Origin: Camelus dromedarius
Taxonomy: Eukaryota
Length of the DNA: 64,000 bases
Direction: 5' to 3'
Assembly (NCBI RefSeq): GCF_036321535.1
Contig: NC_087447.1
Coordinates: 42,224,001 to 42,288,000 of the forward strand
Position numbers and translations under genes: made by a program
Notes under the pieces: generated by a model
Told to the model about the DNA's origin: nothing
What the model saw: the letters and a program-made list of their open reading frames with translations, nothing else
Databases searched by the model: none
In this document: positions 1 to 13,800 of the stretch, piece by piece
Layout: each line of letters opens with the position of its first letter
Numbering within the stretch: position 1 is the stretch's first letter

Positions 1-1849
1 TGTTTTGTTCACTGGCACATCCTCACTGCCCAGAACAGTGCCTGCCATATGGTGGATAAATATTCACTGAAAAAATGGAGGGCTGGGGGAGGAAAGCAGA
101 CAATACAATGCGATAAAGATCAGGGACAGGAGGAAACATTCTCATTCACAGAAAACTAGCCTAGGGAGATTATTAAGAATACAGGTATGATAGTGAAAAA
201 TGTTCTACAAAATATAAACAGGTGTCTGGGTCACCAAGACAGAGACTGGGGGCCAAATAATTCTCCGACAACAAAGACTTGCTCCCTCCCTGGTTCGTAG
301 TCTACATCGGGCTCCATCCTCAGAACCATGGTCCCCGGAAGGGCCAGAATCTGCAACAGGCCCTGCCCCACAGACACACCTGGACCCAGGAAGGTGGCAT
401 GGAGGAGCTGATGGGGCAAAGGGATGCCTAAGATAAGGTTTCTCTCAGTTGGGCTGCTCTCAGGTCGGGTAAGGTAACAGAAAACCCAACTCAAACTGGT
501 TAAATGATGAAAGGCTTTTATGGTCTCAGACACAATGAGGATTTGACCAATGGTTTGATCCAGGAAGTCCCAGGCTTCAGTCTGTTTAGGCCAAGGTCTG
601 CCGTGTTCCCCACAAAAGCAACCAGAAAAAAAAGCCAGAGGAGAGCAGAGCTGGCTCAGGCCCTTCCCTGAGCCAGACTCTGGGCCAGGAGGGTGGGCTT
701 TCTCTGACTGGTTGAGGACATACCACTGGGCCTGGAAGTGAAGCCAAATCTATCTAAAGAGCATGGCTTCCCCACAGAGAAGAGAGAGTGGCATGGATTG
801 GAGGGCCAGCCACAGGATCCATGGCAAAGGCATATCCACTGAGGGCTGTGGTGCAGGAGACCATTGTCCTCTTCCATTCTGATGCAGGTCTAATTACCCA
901 TCCCTTCACCAGGGCCAGGGCCTGCAGAGGCTCCCAAACAACGTCATCAAATTTCTGTTGCAAAGCCCTAAATTGCATGTCGGGTCGTCTAGGGCCTTGG
1001 TCTGCACATCAGGCCACTTCAGTCATGGTCTCTGCTCGTCCTGGTCAATCAGTCCCCCTGTGCCTCCCTCCCTCCCTGTCATCCCAGGCTAACTCCCAAA
1101 GTGCAAGGCAGCCCAGTTACCTGGCCCCTCCTGTATTCTTGGTTGGTGCTGCCCGCTGTCCCTGTCACTACACTCAGCCTCCTGACCCTGTATCACCTGC
1201 AACATTTGTTCACCTATAGAAAGGAGTTCCCTCCCCTTTCTGCCTTACCTGAAATCTGACTGAGAACATGGCTTCCCTGGCTGATCTCTTAAGAGGTGCC
1301 AACTCATTCCATTGCCCACCCATGGGACAGGGAAGTGGGTGGTCAGCATCTTTCTGCCTCCCACTGCCTCTTTTGGACCATCAGTCTGTTTTGAGTCTCC
1401 GTTCTTTGGCACTGCCCCCTGCCCACCTCCCAACGTTCACTGAGGACTTGGGTCCCTGACTCACAGGCTTCCCAGGGGAAAACCGTCAGCATCTGGGATG
1501 ACTCAGTATCTCTGGGGATAACACTTTCTACATCTTTAAGGCTCTGACTCCCTGGTCTCCAATGGCCTTTTCCCTTCTTGCCACTTGGGCCACTCATCCC
1601 CTTGGCCACACTCAGAGCCCTGTCATCACCTAGAAGTGCTACACGGTTGGACAAAATCTCATTCCCCAAACACAGCCATGCTTGTCCTTCTCCTTTCCTT
1701 CCCTCAACACTCCTTTGTCCCCTTATCCTTCCATCTTCTTGTCAACACATACTGCTAAGCAGCGGCGGGGAAAATTCCATTCCCCTGTGGATGGGTCCTA
1801 GGTCTCCAGTTTCAGACCCCTGCCATCTGGATTCCCTTCTGCACCTCTG

Positions 1850-2290
1850 AAGCTGCTCTGTCCAATGTCACTAGAGATTTCTGTGTTGCTAAAGTAGAGG
1901 GATTCTTGGTCCTTATCTGATTAGACTCCTCTCTACCTTAACCACTTCCTCATTCTTGAAATTCTCTTCCCCTGGGGCTACTGAGACACCAGTCACCCCT
2001 CATTTCTTCTGTCTCCTGGGATGCTCTTTCTCCAACTTTCTCACTAATTCCTTTCCCCCATCAATCCCATAAACATTGTCATTCCCTGGGCTTACATCTC
2101 CTTTCATTTTACAAATTCTTCCCAGATGATCTCTCTCAGGTCCAAGGTTTCAAGGACGATTCAAATGCAAAACTTGGACGTGGATATATAGCTGATCACC
2201 CACTGGATACTGTCACCAGTGTGCCCCTCAGGGACCTTAAAATTGACATGTCTAAAATTGAACTTGCTATTCAGTAACCTGAACTCCCCT
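1850..2290 (+). mobile_element. LINE-2 fragment
   Basis: Pyrimidine-rich L2 text (CTCATTCTTGAAATTCTCTTCCCCTGG...CCTTAAAATTGACATGTCTAAAATTGAAC); similar relics at ~29490-29840 (-), ~50080-50690, ~53990-54350, ~60630-61120. Confidence 0.65.
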
Positions 2291-3389
2291 TTCTCTTCGC
2301 TAAAACATTACACTCTGTGTGAAATGACTGAGTCTAAATTAAGACCAGCAGATGCTGCCTCTCCCCTGGATAGAAAAGGAAACTTGAATAGTACTCATTA
2401 TCACCCATTTAAGACACATTATAATGTCTCAAACAATCCTTTTATTCAGCAAGTAGGTGAATATAAAAACATTTATAATCCTATTTTCCTCTTAAAATCC
2501 TGAGTTGCTCAACTGTGAATTCTTTTCCCACAGATGATTTCAGGGGGAAATACCAGTTGCTTTGGTCAGTTGCCCATCTTGGGTTGGCAGTTGACACGTT
2601 GCAGATCTTGGAGCAGGGTCTAGGTGAGCGGGGACAGTGCATTTGTCTGCATGGTTAGAAATGAGTTTTGCTTTATTGCAGATATTAAGCTTTCTCTGAG
2701 ACGAGGCCAGGTCACATGTAAAGCTAAAAATAGATGTCCCCACAGGAAACTGCTGGCAAGTGCCTGGGTTTCTGGATCTCCTATTGTCTCCTGAACTGTG
2801 GGCTCTCAGAGGCAGGTCCAGGTCTTACATGAGTGGACTGAGAGCTTCCTAGAAAGGCAGATACAAGGTCTGGCAATAGAGCTTTCGAAACTGGCTGGGA
2901 GCAAAACAGCCCCTATGGACACAGCTACTCTTGGGTACCACTGTGATCAAGAGATGCAGAGTCATCTGAGATCTGAGGATGAAGAAAGCTTTGGATAAGA
3001 TTAATGTAACCTACTCAGTCGGTCATCTGCATAAGAGAGAACTCTTGGTGTGTGATGCAAGAAACCAAAACGAACCAACTACTTTAAGAAAGAAAAACAG
3101 GAGATGGGGCTTATTGGAAGGAGAATTGATTATTTCAAGCAGCAATGAAACTAGGGGAATGGGAGGGAAACCCTGAGTTTGGGCCTCGGTCAGATATAAC
3201 TAACTAGAACCAAGGATTCAACGTCCGGATCTCTCTGCATGTTAGCTTCCACTTTCCCCACTACAGACCAGGTCCTCAGTGTAGCTGAGTGCCAGTAGCT
3301 CCCTGGCCTTGTTCACATCCTGCCTGCCCCCTGCAAGAGGGATTAGCTCATTCTCTCTCTGCTCTGAGAAGGGACCCTGGCCTGTCTTG

Positions 3390-4056
3390 GGTTGGGGACT
3401 GACCGCCATACTGAAACCAAGCAGACCCATGTAGGGGCCTTCCCAGTGACAGACCCCTCTGTGTCCCCACTTATTGCTGACTGGGAAAAGAGGCTATGGA
3501 CATATGACCTCCTGGGCCCTCCGTGTGGAACAAAGAACAGGTCCCAGCACTTAATGTTTGGGGAAGTGAAGAATGCAAAAACAAAGATAGGACAGTCAGG
3601 CAGGAGAGTAGCCACCACTCAAACAATGAATCAGTCACGAGGACCCCCCAGTTCTCTCTCAAAGGTAGAGATAAGTCTGACACACATTCCTAAGCTGTTT
3701 TGCAGATACTAAAACCCCCACCAGGTGGAGGACGCTGTCTGTTTGCTGACCACCAGCACATGGCCCCCAGACTGGTTGGACCCAGAGAGTTGATGATGTT
3801 GACTCCCTAAGTACTACCCCATTACCTCATCACCCACCAATCAGAAAGATGTCCACCAGTTGGTCACTCATCATGCAACCCTCTCCCTCACTCTGTTTTG
3901 AAAAGCCTTCCCTAAAAGCCATCCAGGAGTTTAGGTCTTTGAGCATGAACTGCCCCTTCTCCTTGCTTAGCACCTGCAGTAAAGTCCAGACTTTCCTTCA
4001 CCATACCCCAGTGTCAGGAGATTGGCTTTGCTACATGGAGTTTGGTCCAGTGACGA
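3390..4056 (+). mobile_element. Solo LTR of an endogenous retrovirus (ERV1-like; family not assigned)
   Basis: LTR-like layout: GTTGGGGAC start, CCAAT box ~3836, AAAAGC TATA-like region, AGTAAA poly(A)-like signal ~3978, 3' end TTTGGTCCAGTGAC. Confidence 0.55.
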
Positions 4057-5745
4057 TACCATCAATGGCTGGGCTGTGAAGAGATCCGAGAACTCTCCTG
4101 AGTCAAGTGTCTCCACAGGACCAATCAGCTATGCCAAGGAGACAGAGTCCCAAAGTACAGACCCACCCACTGGGTACCCACCCCTTGTAACAAGGACACA
4201 TCCCAGAGCAGAAGGGAGTGTTATAATATCACAATTACAACGACAGTACTATAACTGGAATATAGGCAGCCACCCCCAGCAAGGATTACTGTGTCATTGC
4301 TAAGTGTTTTTCAATCCTCACCGGAAACACAGAGAGGCTCAACACATCACCCATGCTAAGCTCGAGGGTTATAGCACATGGGGACATGGCTGAACCCTCT
4401 CTCCTTGCTGTGCCGCCCGCCTCAGGCCCATCAGCTGCCCTCCCTCTGCTGCACTTCCAAGGTCTCAGCCACTCTCATCTCTCCCAAGATGCCTGTGTAA
4501 GCTGCCATCCATATTTCCCTCCCTCGCACCATCTTACTTCTCAGTTTCTCTCTTTTTATTATGCCTAAAGGGAGAGCTTTGAAGTCAACTCCCTGAGGAG
4601 GGAGAATGCAAACAGATGTAAATCTGCATGTGCTCCAGTTTCACAGAAGGAGCCTGGTGGTTAAGCAAGAGTTTCCTTCCAAGACCAAGTGCAGGGGAAG
4701 GGTGAGGGGAAGGAGCAGTTGGGTCGCAGACTCCCCACGTGGGTCTGGGTCTCTCCCTGGGCAAAGCCAGGGGTCTCTGGCCCCTAGATGTGTGAGCCAG
4801 TGTGTATGAGCTCATGGAGCCAGTGTGATACAGTAACCACACACAGCCAACAACCAGCGATGCAGCAAATGGGGACAGTGCAAGCTCCTTGTCACTCCTC
4901 CTGATCTGAGGCAGGATCCAAGCCTTCTGCCTCTGACTGGCAGTTGAAGTTGGTTTTCTACACTGGCCCTTGTTGCACGCTAAGATTTTAGATCTTATTC
5001 ACCCTCTCGCCACTTTGGTTAGGATCTCTCCCTCTAATTTCAGCTTTTACATAGAAACCCAAAACCCAGCCTGCTTGGCAAGCACTCCAGCCAAGATCGT
5101 AACAGCAACATCGTGGGGGCTCAACAGCAGATATGCATCCAACTTTAGATGGGGAGGCAGCTGGGCCCTTCCTGGTACTCTCTGGGCATCAAAAAGTGGG
5201 AAAGGAAGAGAAGCAGCTGCCCCTGCCAACAGGGAACAGATGCTTAGCTCCAAAGTACAGCCTTGTACCTCCACCACGTGCCCCAGTCTTTGCCAACATA
5301 TCAATTGGAGCATCTACAAGTTTCCAGGAAAAACTCCATTTGGCCCAACCCAGATCATGTAGGTGCCCCTGTATTCAAGGGAATGGTTTCATTACCAAAA
5401 ACCTTGGGGCACGCAGGTGTGATCACTTTATAAGTCACTGCACGCCAGCTGTCTCGCCCAATTTGTACTGACTGCAGGTGTTAATAACTTCAAGTATTTT
5501 TAAAGTGTATTTTTTTCTGATTACAAAATAAAGGCTCATTGTTTAAAATATAGAAGATTCAGAAAGGAAAAAGGAGTGGGAAATATCCCATAATCTCACT
5601 ACTCAAATGACAGCCATTGTTAGCCCTCCATTCTTTTGTTTAACGCTTTAAAAAAAAAGTCCTTTATATACAATTTTGCCTCCTGATTTTTTCACATTAA
5701 CATTTTAACGCATACATTTCCCTAAGTCATAAAAAAATCCTTGAA

Positions 5746-5882
5746 GGGGTAGGGTATAGCTTAGTTGTAGAGTGCATGCTTAGCATGCCCAAGGTCCTGG
5801 GTTCAATCCCCAGTCCCTCCATTAAAACAACAAAAATAGAACAGGCTGTTCAATCAAGAAAATACATTATATATATATGAGC
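5746..5882 (+). mobile_element. tRNA-Ala(AGC)-derived SINE (camelid Vic-1-like)
   Basis: A box TAGCTTAGTTG, B box GGTTCAATCC, A-rich tail, TSD TCCTTGAA at 5738-5745 and 5883-5890. Confidence 0.88.
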
Positions 5883-8800
5883 TCCTTGAAACCTTGCTTT
5901 AAATAGTTATACAGTATACTCTCTATTTCCCCTGTTGGGAAGGAAAGAATGTGGTGTGAGAAGGGACTCCTCTCACATGTGTGCATCTGTCCATAGGCAT
6001 TTACAGTTCCCAGGACTGGACAAGAGGCCTCAGCCTGGAATTCCCCTGCCCCATGTCCTGCATTCCCCTAAACTCTTCCAAACGTGTCTCATCACATTCA
6101 CTCTACCTCTGCTCCAGGCTCAAAGGACTTGCTATCAATTCAGCTAATGGTTTGGCCAAATGCTTTAGGTTTGAACACTGAAGCTTTGTAGCTACGTCAT
6201 CTGGGAAATTTGTTTTACCTCTTAAATATGAGTAAAATGAGGATTTTGTGTAGAGTTCTTATGAAGATTGACATTATGTATATAAAACACTGAGCACATA
6301 ATAGGTGATCAATAAACAGCAGTATCACAAGACCCAAAGATTCCTCTCTAACTGTATGGCCCTCTCCACCCTCGCCCTGCTTTGTCAGGTGTGTTTCTCA
6401 AAATTAATTGTTTGCGGTCTCTCTTGCTCCCATTTACACCCAACTCACTGTAATCTGGCTTCTGTTCCCTCTCTACTGACACTGCTTGCCAAAGATCTAG
6501 TAAATTTCAGATGCATTCATGGAGCTTTGGGTCATTTCTTAATCTTTTCTATATACAGTCTCAGTTAACCAATTCTTCCTTCAAACTTCTCTCTTGGTCT
6601 CCGTACCACCAGAATCTTCCCAGTTTTCCTAATTCTTAGACTGCCCCTTTAATTATTATTGTCCTCTACTTTCATGTGTCTGGAAGAAGCATGATTTTTT
6701 GCTGTGAGATCTCAGCTGGAATTCTGGTTCTCCTACTTGCCAAATTGAGTTCCTCGGTTTCTTAACTCACCTGAGCCTCCATCCTCTAATCTGTGGAAAG
6801 GTGACTCTGCTCCTGGTTAATAATCCTAAATGGAGTGAATGTACACTGAGCCTGCGTTTCCCATTGGTGTAATGGATTAGTAGGCATAAACTGGAATTTC
6901 AGGCCTGGAAAGCCATTTCATACATTAAGAATGTCAAAACTCAAAACAAAGAATATGCTCTTCAAAATATTTATTAACCATATAAAACTAAACAATGTGA
7001 ACTATGATGTAAATGTTCTTTTGAGGCATTTTTCTTCATGGGCTGGACTGGCTGAGGTTTCTTAGACTCTTAGTTTAATGAAGTTTGGACAGAACATGCC
7101 ATCTTTTCCTGGTAACTCTTCCTAGAGCATACATAGGTATTTTTCCTTACTCCAGAGACCTTTGAACTGCACTGAAAATTAGGGCCATCTGCCACAAAGA
7201 AAAAAACAAGTTCAATGATGTTCAGATGAATGCCTCTCAAGGTTTTTGAAAGCTAAATGTTGGGAGAGGGACAGTTTCAATGTCTTACTCTTCCATTTTT
7301 ATAAAAAATCTACTTTGCTGAGCTTCTGAGAAATGTCTAACAAAACAACCAAGTTTGCAGGAGAAATTTCTAGATCCACTCACTCCGCAGTCAGTTTCAG
7401 TGATGCTTTTTACAGTTATACAAACGCCTTCAAAATACTGAGGCAGTTTCCTCCAAAATCCTAGTTCCAGGCTTCACTTAAAATTTTCACAATATCCAAA
7501 CCACTTCCAAAATTCTTTTTGATCCATCCTCCTTGTTGATTGCTTTAATTGGCCTTTAAAAATTTCATAAAGAAAAATACCTTAAGGATGCAACAACTTA
7601 CTTGATCTGTTGGCTGAAGTCAGTGATGCTTTGTGGAGACTGAATAGGGGAGGAAGAACTACTCTAATATCAGGATGCTGCTGCTTAAGAATTAGGAAAC
7701 AGCCTAAAGCCATGTTATTATCAATTTTTTTTTCGTTATCAATACCCAAACCCAGCTGTTACCAATTTTTTAAATGCCCTTATTTCTTGCCCTCTGGGAC
7801 AAAGCAGAGTCAAAATCAAAGCTTGAGAACTGTCTTTTCAAAAGACATTAGTTCATTAGTTTAAGGGGGCTGCCTTGGATTCCTGGCAAGATAAAGGTAA
7901 GGCAACAGTTTCGATTTGTAGTTTACTGCAGTATCTTATTCCTCCTACCCAACTGCAAAGTCAATATTTCAAAATTTTCTTCTTTACTAAAGTTAGCTTT
8001 CTAAAAAAGTTGTTTTATCAATGCCAAAAACCTGACTCAAACAAAATAGGCCCCTGCATTTTAATAAATGTTTCTGGGAAATTCTTCAATGCTTCTGTAT
8101 TAGCGCTTGTAGCTTTATATCCTGACGTTATACTAACAAGTTCTCACTCTGTTATAAAACAAAAACTGCAGTTCAACGTGCAGTGTTCCCATCTAACGAA
8201 ATCCTAGCCCCTTGTTTCCATCCATAGGTGTCCTAGTTCAGGCCCTCCTTAGTCTTACCATGATTCAATACTACAATGGCTTTGAAACTAATCTAAACGT
8301 AATTCCCAGGATCCATTCTCTTATCTGCCACCAGCACCTTTCCAAGGTATGTAATTGTCCTTTGAGCCATCCCTCCAACATAGGACTTTACCACATTTTA
8401 TTGTCATTCTGTTTATATGAGTCTCCTCTATTTTATCCCAAGTCCCTAGTGGGCAAAGACTTATTTCTTCTGTCTACCAGGTGGCATATAAAAGGCACTT
8501 AACATAAGCATCCTATGTTGAATAAGAGCCCGACTCTCATATCAGCTTTCAGATAGCTTAAGAATGTCCTTTGAAAATTAGACTTTTTCTACTTAATTTA
8601 CTATTCTTAAACAGTATGTAAAGAATTTACTGCAAATCTTGATGAAAACCAACACTTGATTTTTTTCTTTGAAGCTAGTGCACTAGGAAAAATGCACCTT
8701 AATGACTTAATGAGTGATGCTACTAAACACCTATTTTATTTTTTAGCTTTGTCCTCAGTGGCTGAAATATATTCTGTTCCAGCCTATACAGCCTTTTTAA

Positions 8801-9519
8801 AGGTTTTCTGCCTCCCACACTTACCAGCTTTTATATCTAATTTATCTGTCTGCACCAATTCCTCTCACACTTCTGAACTGAGCTTTTTAACATTCCATGC
8901 TAAAAGCTAAAATAATCAAACTTGTTAGAAGTGTTTATAGAATAGATCCTAATCAAGAGATATGACCTACCTATGATCAAAAAGCACAAGGATCTTGTAA
9001 CATCCATTTTTATCTGCTAGAAGGCCTTCAGTGCTTATCTCTCTGGTTCTAATCTATGTCAGAAAAAGACATCACACAGAATTAACATTGCCAATCACTT
9101 AAATTTGCACTCAATTCTAAAACTCAGCCCAATTTAGTGAGTTAAAAACTCCCCACTTCAAAGCTCTCTCCTGTGACTCAGTTCAAATTACAAAGTTATG
9201 AATCATATCCATTATATTCACTTAACAATATAAAGCTATTTTAAACTGCATTATACATTTCTGACAGATCGAATGTATAATATGCAACGTGATGTAAAAA
9301 TATTAAATCCTTATGCCAAAAAAAACCTCAAGGATGATGGGTAAATTTTTCTTAAATCCCCAAACGTACACTATTGTGGACTTAAGCTCATCATTAAATA
9401 ATCAATGTTTCAGTCTATCAAAAATGTGCTCTGTTTTGGGGACTTTATATACTTTATACTCTACATTTTAAAATGTAGTGATAATGGAGATAAAATAGAA
9501 AATAGGCACCACAAAGATT

Positions 9520-10712
9520 TAGACAATTAACGTAAGCTCAGAGTGACTTTTAATATGCCAATCAATGTTAATAAAACACAAGTCAAACAGACAAGTGCAA
9601 ACATGTTTTAAACCAAAATTAATAGAAAAACAAATACACAAATTCCTTTTTTTTTTTTTTGCAACATCTGTTAGCCAGCATGGTTAGTCAAATGGCTAAT
9701 CACAGATAAAATGTATTTTGTGAAAAGCTTGGAATAGTCAGAAGTCATTCTGGCATTTTAAACAGCTATGTACAGTATCATCAAGATTAGTTTATGTACA
9801 CAATATTGAAGAGAAACCGGGCAAAACATTTAAAAACAGACTAACAATACAATCAAGTACAAAACTTGGGTGGAGGGAGGAAACATTTTTTAAAAAGAGG
9901 GTAGGGCAGTATCAGGAAAAATTACAAAACCAGTAATAATTATACTACATTAATACAGCATTCCAAAGAGGGGAAAAGGTGCATTTCTCCAATGCACTAG
10001 CTTCAAAGTTCAAAGGAAAAATAAGGGCAAATAACTGCTTTTCATCAAGAGCAGCTATATATTTCACATAATTGTTTTAAAAAGAAAGCCTATTAACAAC
10101 AATGATTGTTTAATGCTACAATTTTACAGCAAAGACAAAACTAAAATAGCAGCAAATTCACAAGGCAATACTTCCACAGAATTATCATTCCATGGTTCAT
10201 GCAATGCCTACAAAGTGCTCCCAGTTGGATATACAAGTATAATTCACAATTAAAAAAAAAAAAAGAAAGAAAAGGTTGACACACAGGTACACGGAAGGCT
10301 GAGGAGTACTGAGTCTCTTAGCATTTCCCTTTTCAAAGGGAAAATATGTTTGTAATAAAGCCCTTGAGTCCTTTTTACAGGTCACTACAGGGAAAGATAC
10401 CTTTTATTACAATGCAACAGCAAACTATAAGCAGCACACCACCACAGTGGTTAACCTTGGAAAGGTTGGTGTAACATCCAACAGTGACTGACATCCTACA
10501 GAAGACAGACTTGTAAGACTAGACAAAAGCCTAATATAGCACTGGTCAAAATACAGTTTTCAACTGTAATTCACAAATAAAAGTCCTAAAAGGTATTTCA
10601 GTAAAACTACTGATACCGACTGAGAAAGTAATTGCAAACTGGATTCTAGCAGTGATTTCAACCTAGCTTCCTCTTGTCACAGTTTTCTGGGGGGAGGTGG
10701 GAAATGAGTAGT
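9520..10712 (-). other. WEE1: WEE1 3'UTR (3' end approximate)
   Basis: AU-rich and repeat-free after the stop; distal ATTAAA at 9549-9554 with a CPE-like TTTTAT just upstream (9571-9576); proximal AATAAA at 10403-10408; several miRNA seed matches. Confidence 0.8.
9549..9554 (-). terminator. WEE1 distal polyadenylation signal ATTAAA
   Basis: Hexamer at the end of the AU-rich UTR, followed by U-rich downstream sequence on the minus strand. Confidence 0.65.
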
Positions 10713-10866
10713 TCAGTATATAGTAAGGCTGACAGAGCGGTTCATTTTCTTTCCAATAAGTCGAGATGTTCTATTACTCTGGGTGGTGGACCTAGTGGCC
10801 ATCCGGTCAGTGAAGAGTGCTCTTTCCTCAGCAGCAGCTTTTGCCATCTGGGCTTTCTTGAGTTCT
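10713..10866 (-). CDS. WEE1: WEE1 coding exon 11 (last; 154 nt to TGA)
   Basis: cttag|[50 protein letters not shown]. Confidence 0.97.
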
Positions 10867-13800
10867 CTAAGAACATAAAAATAGGAAACAAGACTTTTCA
10901 CTGACTTTATTAATCTTAGTAAGGGATTCTAAGAGGCCAAATACAAACTACACTATCAGATCTTTGAATGCCATCATTATTCTAAGATGCAATTGAGGAA
11001 AGAAAATACACAATATGAAACTTTAGCTTCTGCTCAACTTAAATTCATGAAATACTTTTACTTTGTGCTTTCAGAATTAAAATATTATATACATTTGGAT
11101 GCTAGTAACGTTAGCAATGCTAGTAATGACTTTAGGTCTTAAAAAATAATTTCAAATAGAACTCTAATTCATATTGTGAAAGTATCTTTACATAATAGAG
11201 GCAAAAGGAAAATTCTACTTTCTCTTTATATAAACTGATAGCTATCAAACTAATGGCAAATAAACCATTAAATATTTCAAGTCAGTTTTATTAGGTTAGA
11301 ATCAAAATGGTAGCAATAAAGCAAATGAATTAGCATTATCATTCCAACCAGTTTTCCAAAAATGTCAAAGCTTATTCAGATCAAATCATCTACTAACCTA
11401 ATCAACATTAATTTCATCCTTTCATAAAAATAAGTAGAACAGAATGTTTCAAGAAAAACGTTAATTTATGAGGAGAGTTTAGAGGGAAACCGGTACCTGC
11501 TCATTTTAGTTTTTTGCTACAATCTGGGGCTTGGGATTATCACCACTTGCAAATATATGCTAGTCTTAAAATTTTTTAAGTCCATAGTTTCAGTTTAGAA
11601 ACAATCTAAATTTATAGGTCAAATACTAATTTAAGGCAGAAGTCCCCAAACTTTAACCGTACAACATGCCAAGCCACCATATTCTTCATTGTCATAAAGC
11701 CTAAATCATCTCTTGTTAAAATTTGAGAATAAAAATGAGAAAGTAAAACCAAAAAACCCCTCACTTACTTCTGCAAAAGCGAATTTTTGAACTTTTCAGC
11801 ATTCAATTCTATTCGTAATTGTTCTGCACTCTTCCTAGAAGCAGACAGCAATACTGAATGCTTTACCAGTGCCATTGCTGAAGGTCTTCTTTCTGGATCT
11901 GGATGAATCATCACCTTAAAAACAGAAGTAAAATTAAGGTAAAGATATGCAATTTAATAAAATATTGAATTGTGTCAATTAAGTGCTTCATATATAAAAT
12001 ACGCACTTTAAGCAACTCTGTAAATTCTTGGGAAAGCACTTGTGGAATCCGAGGTAATCTACCCTGTCTGATTTCATGCCATTGGTCTCCATTTCTTGGA
12101 AGAGGCTCAGCACCAGCAGCACATACCACCGTGAGGGCAAGGGCAAAAATATCTGCTTTTGGTAGATGAGTATAGTTCTGTAAAATTAAAAAGAAAATTT
12201 TAAGGGAATATAAAATGGACCTAATAAAGTAAGATTACTCAATGATGATTTAGGAAGAAATAAGACTACATTAAAATGTCCAATGCCACTTAAATGAGTT
12301 TAGGACCTTTTCAGAGAACAAGCTAAATTTGGAGAGATTATTATTTTTTTTAAATTACAAAGTAATACACATTCTGGGGCAGGACGATCAATACATTTCT
12401 AAAAGTATTCAGGCATTTCCGAAAGGCCTCCTCTTTATCAATAGCCCAATTCAACTCTCGGAAGAAACTCCTATCCCCTAGGGGCATACATATGAAAATA
12501 CACAACATACATACATCAACAAGTTAGAAATATGCATATACATAAAAGACACAAATTTATACATATAACAAGAACAATGGGATCATACAACTCATTTGCT
12601 CTACTTGTTCTGTTTTCATTTAAAACTCTTATCAAGGGGTGGGGAAGGAAATAGCTCAGTGGTAGAGCATATGCTTAGTATGCACAAGGTCCTGGGATCA
12701 AATCCCCAGTACCTCCATTAAAAAATAATAATAATTTAAAATAATTAATTAATTAGACTCTTATCAAGAAATGTTTTGTTACTTTTGAAACAGTATTGTC
12801 AACTATGTGCCATAATTTAATCATTCTCTTATTGCTAAATATCTCTCTACATTATTCTCAATTTATTTGTATATGAATATTTCTGTTGGAGAGACTCCCA
12901 GAAATGGAAATTCTGGGTCAGAGGGTACATGATTTTAAAATGTTGATAGATACTAACACTCCAAAAAGGCAATGACATTTTAAAGTTCCACCAGTAATGT
13001 ATGGAAACTTCTTTTACCACAACTCCACCACTGTTGAACATTATAAATCTTTGCCTTTACTGACTTTCGCTAGATTAAATAACCCCACAAGCTAACAGTT
13101 AAGACTTTTCATTTTGTATTACCTTTCTACTACTCATTAGCTTAAAATTTAGTACATCTGCATTTATAATCTTCTATCAACAGATAAGTATTACAAAGCA
13201 AACGGCTTAAAGGAGACACACTACCTCCTGCAAAACTTCATTTGCAAGAAAACGGCTATCACCCTCTTCAACTTGTGGACTGGAGATCCTTGTTACATGC
13301 CCAAGGTCACCTAGAAGTATTGAAAAAAATAGTCAAAAGTTAAAATAGCCTCTCCTCCTTTATTTTAACAAATAATCTGGTTATCTTTTTTTCTTACCTA
13401 TTTTAAACATAACTTTGTTGGATGCCCAGTCATCTTCATCTCCTTCTTCAGAGGCAGCATTTGGGATTGAAGTTCGAGATATGAAAATATTACCTGTCGA
13501 ACAGTTATTTAGGTAAGCCACACTAACAATTAATAGTAGAACCAAAGTTCACAAACAAGGTCAGACAACAGAATCATGCTGGTAGCTTTTACATATATAG
13601 ATTCTCATGAGTTCTACCCCAAACCCAGTGAGAATGAGAATGTTAGGTGATAAGCACTGGGGCTATACTTTCTACGAATGTATTTTCTGGCCTAGCACTA
13701 GTCCTTTAACACTTGGAAATCACATTAGACCCTTGTCACCTACACATTAATCTACAGCAGTTTTAATTATTTAGAAATAATACAAAAGGCAATTAACATA

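Noticed and set aside
5585..5603. TCCCATAATCTCACTACT resembling a ZNF143/Staf binding site
   Set aside because: Only a partial match, apparently inside an old L1-like relic and far from any promoter
231..8910. Short ORFs downstream of WEE1 (for example 788-1219, 4970-5362, 5047-5313)
   Set aside because: No recognisable protein similarity, many non-ATG starts, several overlap LTR or L2 relics
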